From Candidatus Sumerlaeia bacterium (GTDB taxonomy: Bacteria; Sumerlaeota; Sumerlaeia; SLMS01), in assembly GCA_038208905.1 (NCBI GenBank), contig JBBQYG010000030.1, forward strand, positions 1 through 31,428: a stretch of DNA of 31,428 nucleotides, in the 5' to 3' direction. The stretch's first letter is position 1. Every line of letters starts with the position of its first letter. Position numbers and translations under genes: made by a program. The notes beneath the pieces were generated by a model. That model made no database searches and was not told where the DNA came from. It saw only the letters and a program-made list of their open reading frames with translations. Shown in pieces: positions 24,829 to 31,428 of this stretch.

Positions 24829-27800
24829 TTGAAGGTTCGGGATCTTGCCACGGCGCTTGGCGTCTCATCCGATGAGGTGATTCGCCTTTTGGAGAATGAC
24901 CGTGCGGCGTTTCGCAAGCGCGGGTTTCGCCTGCCCACCACGCTGACCGCTGGGATGATGATCGAGGCGAAGCTCTATCGCGAGTGCCACGACCGCTATG
25001 TGGCGCCGCCCAAGGGCGCGCCGCCCGCCAAGGCACCCAGCGCGAATGGCAGCGACCTGCTGGACGATCCGAATTTCGACCCGCAGGAACTTGAAGCGAA
25101 CTTCGCGAAGGCGGTGTCGCCGGAGATCAGAGACCTGCTGACGATTCTGGGGCTGGCGGGCGGCGGCATCAAGCGCTCCGTGCTGTTCGACGCGATGCAG
25201 CGGGGATGCAAGAACCTGCCCAAGAACTTCCCCTCGCTCGCGCCCAAGGGTCCGTTCAGTTCGGCCATCGAGTTGTTGTCCAAGAACGACTTGATCATGA
25301 ATATCGACGGCAATATCGAGTCCCACCCCGAGCTGGGCGAGATCATGGCGCGGGATGCGGTGCTCGATGGCCGCGCGGAGCCGTTGATGGCGGCGCTGAC
25401 GGCCGCGTTTCAGGCGGACTCGGCCACCCCGGCGAATCGGCGCGGGGCCCCGGTGTTCTCCATGGAGGAGCGGCGCGCGCGGTTCCGGTTCGCCGCGTTT
25501 CGCGGAGAGATGGAGGAGTTCCTCAAGCTTCACGACGCCCGCGAGCGGGCCTACGATAGATTGGATTTCGAGGAGCAGGAGCGCCCCCCGGCGATCGGCA
25601 GCGTGGTGGCGTATCCCTTGGATGCGAAGTGGCTGGCGCGCTTTCCCCCTCGGGCGCGGGCGTTGGGTCTCATGGGCATCTACGCCTATGAAATCAATAA
25701 CGGCACCGGCAACGGCCACGTGTATCTGGCGCCGCTGGAGGAGAATCTTTCGGCGCTGAAGCCGCTTCCCGTATCGCCGGTCTTCCTGCTGTTGGACGCG
25801 GCGGTGCTCCACGGGCGGGCGGGGCTGGCGGAGGCCGTGGCGACGCTTCAGGGCAGGAGCGAGCCGGGCGGCATTCTCGCCGCCGGCGTTTCGCGCTTCA
25901 TCGCCATTGGCCCATCCAGGGAAGCGGGCGACCTGATGCTCAAGGGATACCGCGCCATCGACAAGGACCGCTCCCTCCGCCTCCCGCTGGAGTCGCTCCC
26001 CGATTTGCTCGTCTGGGTGGCGTTCCTGTGTTCGCTGCGCATGGACGAGCGGACCGGCAAGTCGCTGCGCAAGCTGGTAACGTTCCCCCGGCGCCAGGCC
26101 TACCTGAACGATCTGGGCGCGGATGTGGCCGCGCGGCAGCTCATGGCTGCGACGGAGAACAATGCGGCGTCGCGGCAGTTGAGGTATTTGGTGCCCCACA
26201 TGGAAAACTTCGATCCGTTCCTGTCGCTGGTTTGGTTCTCCGCCGCGTGGGCCTTCGGGCCGGAGGCGGTCAAGTCGCTGCCGCAGACCCTCCCCGCCCT
26301 GGAGAAGCTAAGCGACACCAGCCGATGGGAAGGCATCGGGCCCCAAGTGGTGGCGTTGATGGGCGACTTGGGTATCCCGGTGATGTCGCGCTTCGCGCCG
26401 GCGGCGGAGCCGTGGCACCGCGCCATCTCCATTCCCGCGCCGTGGGAAACCGCCATGCGGGAGATCGAGCGCCTGGCCGCCCCCCACGCCGCGGGCGATG
26501 GCGAGCCCGCCCCAGTCGTCGACCGCCGACTCTCGTGGGAGGTCCACGTCTCGACCGCCAACGGGTTGATCTGGGTCAATCCCCTGGAGCAGCGCGCGCT
26601 GAAGTCGGGGAAGTGGAGCAAGGGCAAGCTGTGCTCGATCGGATCGATGCTCACGGGGGATACCGCGTGGCAGACCGAACTCGACCGCCGCATCCTTGGC
26701 TCCGCCGTGAAGGACGCGTCGTACTATGGGCGCGCGGATTACATGCTCGACATCGTCAAGGCGCTGCCGCTCTTGGCCCGGCATCCCAGCCTCGTCGATC
26801 CGCGCGATGGCGAGCCCGTCTATCTGGAGATCGCCCAGCCGCAGTTGTCGGTGGTCGGCGCGGAGGGCGGCGAGCTGGAGATGCGCCTCGATCCGCTCCC
26901 GCCCGAAAAGGGGGATTTCCACATCTTGGAATTGTCCGCGGGCCGGTATCGCGTTTTCCATTTCGACAAGACGGCAAAGGGGCTGGCGGCGGTGCTGGGC
27001 GCGAAGGGCCTCCGCGTGCCGCCCGCCGCGCGGGAGCGCGTCGAGCGCACCGTCTCCGCGCTGGCGAGCACGCTGACGGTTCAGACCGACAGCCAGGCAT
27101 CCATCGCCGCGGAAGCGCGCCAGTCGGACTCCACCCCGGTCCTGCAATTGCAGCTGCGCGGCGGCAACGTTCTGGCGTCGATGCTTGTGCGCCCGCTGGG
27201 CGAGGGCGGCCCGTCGCTCCCGCCGGGCGATGGCGCCGCCCACATCACCGCGCGGCTTGAGGGAAAACTCGTCCGCACGGAACGCGATCACCCAGCGGAA
27301 TCCACGCGCGCCCAGGCATTCGTCGATTCGTGCCCGTGCCTGCTTCTGGAGCAGGAGGAAGGTTCGCTCTGGCACTGGACGCTGAGCCTGGACCACGGGC
27401 TGGAGGCGCTGAGCTGTGCGCGCGACGCGGGCGACGCCGTCCGCGTGGAGTGGCAGGGCGACCGGCGCATGAATGTCGCCGCGCGCGCCGGGATGCAGCA
27501 AGTCCGCGCGTCCGTCCATTCCGCAAGCGACTGGTTCACCCTCAGCGGCGAAGTGCGGGTGGACGAGGGGAAGGTGATGGAGCTGCAGGACTTCGTGGAT
27601 CTCCTCTCGACCGCGACCGGGCGCTTTGTGCCGCTGGGCGACGACCGCTTTCTGGAGGTGAGCGAGGAACTCCGCCGCCGCGCCGACGACTGGCGCGCGC
27701 TCAGCGAGCGGACCAAGGATGGCCTGCGCTTCCATCCACTTGCCGCCGGCGCCATCGACGCCTCCATGGAGGGGGCCGAGGAGGTGCAGGCCGACCGCAA

Positions 27801-29244
27801 GTTCCGCGACGTGCTGGCGGGCTACGCGCGCGCGCAGAAGCTCAACCCGGAGCTTCCCTCCACCATGCGCGCGGAGCTGCGGCCCTATCAGCTCGATGGC
27901 TATGTCTGGATGATGCGCCTTGCGGAGGCGCGCCTGGGCGCGTGCCTGGCCGACGACATGGGCCTGGGCAAGACGGTGCAGGCGCTGGGGATGCTGATCG
28001 CGCGCGCGCCGCTCGGCCCCGCCCTCGTGCTTGCGCCGATGTCGGTCTGCCTCAACTGGGAGTCCGAGGCCGCGCGTTTCGCGCCCACGCTGCGACTGCG
28101 CCAGCTCGTCGGCCCCGACCGCGCAAAGATCATCGCCGACGCCGGGCCGTTCGACGTGGTGGTGGTCAGCTATGGGCTGCTCCACATCGAGGCCGATGCG
28201 CTCGCCGCGAAAGTCTGGAGCACCGCGATCCTGGACGAGGCCCAGGCGATCAAGAACGTCGCCACCAAGCGGTCCCAGGCCGCCATGTCCATCCAGGCGG
28301 GATTCCGCCTCGCGATGAGCGGCACGCCGGTGGAGAACCATCTGGGCGAGCTGTGGAACCTCTTCCGATTCATCAACCCCGGGCTGCTCGGTTCACAGGA
28401 ACGCTTCAACGCGCGCTTCGCCGTACCCATCGAGCGCGATCACGACCGCATGGCGATGGCGCGCCTGCGTCGGCTGGTGTCGCCGTTCCTCCTGCGCCGG
28501 ACAAAGCAGGCGGTGCTGGAGGACCTGCCGCCGCGCACGGAGATCACGCTGAAGGTGGAGCCCGACGCGGAGGAGATGGCCTTCTACGAGTCGCTGCGCC
28601 GCAAGGCGATGGAAACGCTCACCAAGCCCGAGGGCGCCCCCACGGAACAGCGCATCCGCATCCTGGCGGAGCTGATGAAGCTGCGCCGCGCCTGCTGCAA
28701 TCCGGAGCTTGTCGCCCCCGGCGCGGGCCTTCCGTCGTCCAAGCTCGGCGAGTTCACGCGCATCGTGGAGGAGCTTCGCGACAACCGCCACAAGGCCCTC
28801 GTCTTCAGCCAGTTCGTGGATCACCTGACGATCCTGCGCGCGCGGCTGGACAAGCTGGGCATCAAGTACCAGTACCTCGATGGCTCCACGCCCCAGGAGG
28901 AACGCAAGCGCCGCGTGGACGCCTTTCAGGGCGGCGAGGGCGACTTCTTCCTGATCAGCCTGCGCGCCGGCGGAACGGGCCTCAACCTGACCGCCGCCGA
29001 CTATGTCATCCACATGGACCCGTGGTGGAACCCCGCCGTGGAGGACCAGGCATCCGACCGCGCCCACCGCATCGGCCAGAACCGCCCCGTCACCATCTAC
29101 CGCATCATCCTCAAGGGCACCGTCGAGGAAAAGATCGTCGCGCTCCACCGCGAAAAACGCGACTTGGCGGAGGGCCTCCTCGAAGGCGCCGAGGGCGGCG
29201 TGAGGATGAGCGTGTCGGAGCTGCTGTCATTGATGGAAAAGTAG
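24829..29244 (+). CDS. SNF2-family ATP-dependent helicase/translocase with an IF2-N-like N-terminal segment
   Basis: 'LADDMGLGKT', 'DEAQAIKN', 'SGTPVENHLGELW', 'LVFSQF', 'SLRAGGTGLNL', 'DPWWNP...RAHRIGQ'; TTG start with GAGGGG RBS. Confidence 0.95.
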   Translation: MKVRDLATALGVSSDEVIRLLENDRAAFRKRGFRLPTTLTAGMMIEAKLYRECHDRYVAPPKGAPPAKAPSANGSDLLDDPNFDPQELEANFAKAVSPEIRDLLTILGLAGGGIKRSVLFDAMQRGCKNLPKNFPSLAPKGPFSSAIELLSKNDLIMNIDGNIESHPELGEIMARDAVLDGRAEPLMAALTAAFQADSATPANRRGAPVFSMEERRARFRFAAFRGEMEEFLKLHDARERAYDRLDFEEQERPPAIGSVVAYPLDAKWLARFPPRARALGLMGIYAYEINNGTGNGHVYLAPLEENLSALKPLPVSPVFLLLDAAVLHGRAGLAEAVATLQGRSEPGGILAAGVSRFIAIGPSREAGDLMLKGYRAIDKDRSLRLPLESLPDLLVWVAFLCSLRMDERTGKSLRKLVTFPRRQAYLNDLGADVAARQLMAATENNAASRQLRYLVPHMENFDPFLSLVWFSAAWAFGPEAVKSLPQTLPALEKLSDTSRWEGIGPQVVALMGDLGIPVMSRFAPAAEPWHRAISIPAPWETAMREIERLAAPHAAGDGEPAPVVDRRLSWEVHVSTANGLIWVNPLEQRALKSGKWSKGKLCSIGSMLTGDTAWQTELDRRILGSAVKDASYYGRADYMLDIVKALPLLARHPSLVDPRDGEPVYLEIAQPQLSVVGAEGGELEMRLDPLPPEKGDFHILELSAGRYRVFHFDKTAKGLAAVLGAKGLRVPPAARERVERTVSALASTLTVQTDSQASIAAEARQSDSTPVLQLQLRGGNVLASMLVRPLGEGGPSLPPGDGAAHITARLEGKLVRTERDHPAESTRAQAFVDSCPCLLLEQEEGSLWHWTLSLDHGLEALSCARDAGDAVRVEWQGDRRMNVAARAGMQQVRASVHSASDWFTLSGEVRVDEGKVMELQDFVDLLSTATGRFVPLGDDRFLEVSEELRRRADDWRALSERTKDGLRFHPLAAGAIDASMEGAEEVQADRKFRDVLAGYARAQKLNPELPSTMRAELRPYQLDGYVWMMRLAEARLGACLADDMGLGKTVQALGMLIARAPLGPALVLAPMSVCLNWESEAARFAPTLRLRQLVGPDRAKIIADAGPFDVVVVSYGLLHIEADALAAKVWSTAILDEAQAIKNVATKRSQAAMSIQAGFRLAMSGTPVENHLGELWNLFRFINPGLLGSQERFNARFAVPIERDHDRMAMARLRRLVSPFLLRRTKQAVLEDLPPRTEITLKVEPDAEEMAFYESLRRKAMETLTKPEGAPTEQRIRILAELMKLRRACCNPELVAPGAGLPSSKLGEFTRIVEELRDNRHKALVFSQFVDHLTILRARLDKLGIKYQYLDGSTPQEERKRRVDAFQGGEGDFFLISLRAGGTGLNLTAADYVIHMDPWWNPAVEDQASDRAHRIGQNRPVTIYRIILKGTVEEKIVALHREKRDLAEGLLEGAEGGVRMSVSELLSLMEK

Positions 29245-29256
29245 GGTGGGGCGAAG

Positions 29257-29292
29257 CTACTAATTTACTACTAATTCCTTCAGAATTAGTAG
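29257..29292. repeat. 36-bp AT-rich motif downstream of Fic gene 2 (copy 1)
   Basis: ctactaattta-ctactaatt-ccttcag-aattagtag. Confidence 0.92.
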
Positions 29293-29350
29293 CGCGGTTT
29301 CTCAAATGCCATTCTTCGCCAATATTTCGCCAATTTGAGGCTTCGGAAGA

Positions 29351-30697
29351 CTATGTCTCCAATTCCTTTTCAAGTTGGAGCATTCGGTCCGCAAGATCGT
29401 TGGGGGCGATGAATACAAAGCGATTTCCGGTTTTTCGCTTCTCCAAGAGGTTCTTGTCCTCCAGTTCGAGGATGTCGGCCCGTGCCGTCTGATACACCAC
29501 GCCGTGGCTCTTCTTGTGGCTTTCGAACGTGTACTGCCCACCAGGGTGCTTGAGAGCGTTCAGCAGGAGCTGCATCTGGCGATGATTGAAGAGGGACAAA
29601 GACCGAATCCTCGATTCTACATCATGTAGCTCCTTGGTCTTGCGCGTGATATAGGCATGAAGCTGGACGATCGCCCGGCGAATCACCTTCATCTGCGCGA
29701 TCAGGAAATAGGTCAGATCATTGTCGTCGGTTTCCGTGTGGAGGAAGGAGCGCCCATACTCCGAGGGCGCCTTTCTCAGGATGCTCGAAATGGAGATGAA
29801 CTCGAACAGCCAGTAGCCGTTTCGCAGCATCGCCCAATAGAACAGGGCGCGCGCGGTGCGCCCGTTCCCGTCCACGAATGGATGATCATAGGCGAGCCAG
29901 AAGTGCAGGATGATCGCCCGCACCGCCGGATGGACAAAGTAGTCGGGCGACTCGCCGTTGGCGAAGGCACACATGGCCTTCATTCGTTCCGGCAGTTCCG
30001 CGGCGGCGGGTGGCTCGTGGAATACTTGCCCCTCATTGTCCATGACCGCCAGCTTTAGGCTGGCATCGCGAAAGCAGCCAGCGGCCTTGGGGTCTTCCAG
30101 AGTCTCCTTGGTCACCATGGCGTGGATCTGGAACAGCAGCTCCGGGGTGAGCGGGGCCGATCTTAGCTCGCGGATCCTCTGCATGGTCGCATAGTTGTTC
30201 AGGATCATCTGCTCGCTGGTGTCCCGCGGCTTACGCCCTGTCCGGATCATCTCCTTGGCGACTTCGCGCGTTGTCACGGCGCCCTCAAGCTGGCTGGAGG
30301 TGATTGCCTCCTCCATAAGCGAACTGACGATGTACTGGTCCCGGGTCTGTGGGTTCGTGATGGGGGCGGCCACACTCACAAGGCCGCCAGCGCCCATGTC
30401 GATCTGGTGCAACCCCTCGATCGCCGATCCCGGGACCGCGAACTTGAAGGGCTGTCCGACCTTGTCCTTGAGGCCGATGGGCCGGAGAGCGGGGAGCCGT
30501 GCCAGTTTGATGGCGAGCCACCACGCAGGGTGCGTGATCCCCTCGGGCGCTGGATGTCGCCGCAGGTCATCCCAGTGCAAGTACCTTTCATCCCGACCCA
30601 ATTTGCCTACCTGCGGACCAAAGACCAGAAGTCTTTCGGGGTCGGTCAACTCGCCAAGGACTTCGCTCAAAACGGGGGGTGGCTCTGGGACGCGCAT
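29351..30697 (-). CDS. fic: Fic family protein (class II) with C-terminal wHTH
   Basis: 'HPFVDGNGRTAR', inhibitory 'SSQLEG', C-terminal 'YQTARADILELEDKNLL'. Confidence 0.95.
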   Translation of the reverse strand: MRVPEPPPVLSEVLGELTDPERLLVFGPQVGKLGRDERYLHWDDLRRHPAPEGITHPAWWLAIKLARLPALRPIGLKDKVGQPFKFAVPGSAIEGLHQIDMGAGGLVSVAAPITNPQTRDQYIVSSLMEEAITSSQLEGAVTTREVAKEMIRTGRKPRDTSEQMILNNYATMQRIRELRSAPLTPELLFQIHAMVTKETLEDPKAAGCFRDASLKLAVMDNEGQVFHEPPAAAELPERMKAMCAFANGESPDYFVHPAVRAIILHFWLAYDHPFVDGNGRTARALFYWAMLRNGYWLFEFISISSILRKAPSEYGRSFLHTETDDNDLTYFLIAQMKVIRRAIVQLHAYITRKTKELHDVESRIRSLSLFNHRQMQLLLNALKHPGGQYTFESHKKSHGVVYQTARADILELEDKNLLEKRKTGNRFVFIAPNDLADRMLQLEKELET

Positions 30698-30704
30698 GGG
30701 TCGC

Positions 30705-30740
30705 CTACCAATTTACTACTAATTTACTGCTAATTAGTAG
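30705..30740. repeat. 36-bp AT-rich motif upstream of Fic gene 2 (copy 2), same orientation as copy 1
   Basis: ctaccaattta-ctactaatt-tactgct-aattagtag; also reads as three tandem 11-mers. Confidence 0.92.
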
Positions 30741-30750
30741 TTGGTGTCAA
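30721..30750 (-). promoter_or_regulatory. Sigma70-type promoter of Fic gene 2, overlapped by the palindromic motif
   Basis: Minus strand TTGACA-N18-TAAATT, 23 nt upstream of the ATG. Confidence 0.7.
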
Positions 30751-30831
30751 GTGCGATCCTCAAGCCTCGGTTGGCCCGGCCTGCGCTGGCACAAACCTTG
30801 GTCAATTCGCCTCCCGAAGGAGTATCCACCC

Positions 30832-31428
30832 ATGTTTTTGCGTCAGATTGCCGTGTTGCTCGCCCTTGCTGTGCCGTTTCTGCTGGTCGGCTGTCTGCAC
30901 TCGCCCGGAGGCGGGAGGCTGCCGCCGGCATGGCAGATCGTGCCGGAGCCCATCGGAGACGCGCCGCTCCTCCGCTTCGGGTTCCCTCCCCCGTTGGAGC
31001 ACTACGGTGGCACCGCTTCGTCGCTGCGGGGCGAGTTGCGCCTGGGTGCCGGAGGCGTCCTCGCGGGAAGCTCCGGCTATGTGGAGGTCGCCGCCAGCGA
31101 GCTCGACATGGGGGAGAAGTATCTGACAATGACCATGCTGGACGAGTTGCTTGCGGCGGAGAATCCGGTCGCGAGGTTCGACCTGCGCGAGGTGTCGGGC
31201 GTCGACGCAACGCTGCCACTGCGCCCCGGGGAGGAACGCGCCTTCGCCGCGCGGGGCGATTTCTCCATGAAGGGAATCACCATTCCCGCCGCCGTGGCGG
31301 CGACGGTGCTTCCCACCACCGGTCCCGACGGGCAACCGCGGCTGGTGGCCCGCGTCACCTTTGCGGTGCGACTCAAGGAGTCTTTCAACATCGACGGCCC
31401 GGTGGGCCCGCTCCCCGCGCGCGATACG
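30832..31428 (+). CDS. YceI-like lipoprotein, truncated by the window end (absent from the ORF track)
   Basis: AAGGAG RBS; MFLRQIAVLLALAVPFLLVGC lipobox; 'GYVEVAASELDMGE...ARF...GDFSMKGITIP...F' YceI barrel pattern; frame open to the end. Confidence 0.75.
   Translation, partial: MFLRQIAVLLALAVPFLLVGCLHSPGGGRLPPAWQIVPEPIGDAPLLRFGFPPPLEHYGGTASSLRGELRLGAGGVLAGSSGYVEVAASELDMGEKYLTMTMLDELLAAENPVARFDLREVSGVDATLPLRPGEERAFAARGDFSMKGITIPAAVAATVLPTTGPDGQPRLVARVTFAVRLKESFNIDGPVGPLPARDT

Noticed and set aside
26308-29492. Long alternative-frame and antisense ORFs (677 aa, 720 aa, and similar ones elsewhere in the window)
   Set aside because: Shadow ORFs typical of high-GC DNA; Arg/Gly/Pro-rich with no recognisable motifs.
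29257-30740. dif/pdif or integron attC sites flanking Fic
   Set aside because: No match to the XerC/XerD consensus or to the RYYYAAC...GTTRRRY pattern, and no integrase lies in the window.
30961-31020. Frameshift in the YceI-like gene at the C-run
   Set aside because: Manual translation shows a continuous frame from 30832; the ORF track misses it only because its stop lies outside the window.

Overview
GC-rich bacterial chromosome segment with about 23 protein genes and no rRNA, tRNA, CRISPR array or autonomous transposase. Core and envelope genes: a TPR-like protein, a YfhO/GT-C-like membrane protein, DUF368, thiE, a RsuA/RluB-type pseudouridine synthase, lgt, panE, an MFS transporter, truB, a DUF2961-like protein, an Ig-like lipoprotein, a NamZ-like protein, an FAD monooxygenase and a YceI-like lipoprotein. 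Accessory genes are interspersed: two Fic-domain genes, a SET-domain gene, a coupled pair of a small unknown protein and an ImmA/IrrE-like protein, and a SNF2 helicase with an IF2-N-like extension. The intergenic DNA is unusually structured, with several REP-like palindrome families, a nested mirror element and a CTAG-bounded MITE containing a REP doublet. The strongest signal is at the Fic genes. The second is bracketed by two copies of a 36-bp motif (CTACTAATT-N7-AATTAGTAG), one overlapping its promoter. The first ends in palindromes with related CTACT...AATT-N7-AATT...AGTAG architecture. All family calls come from motif recognition by eye; no database searches were run.
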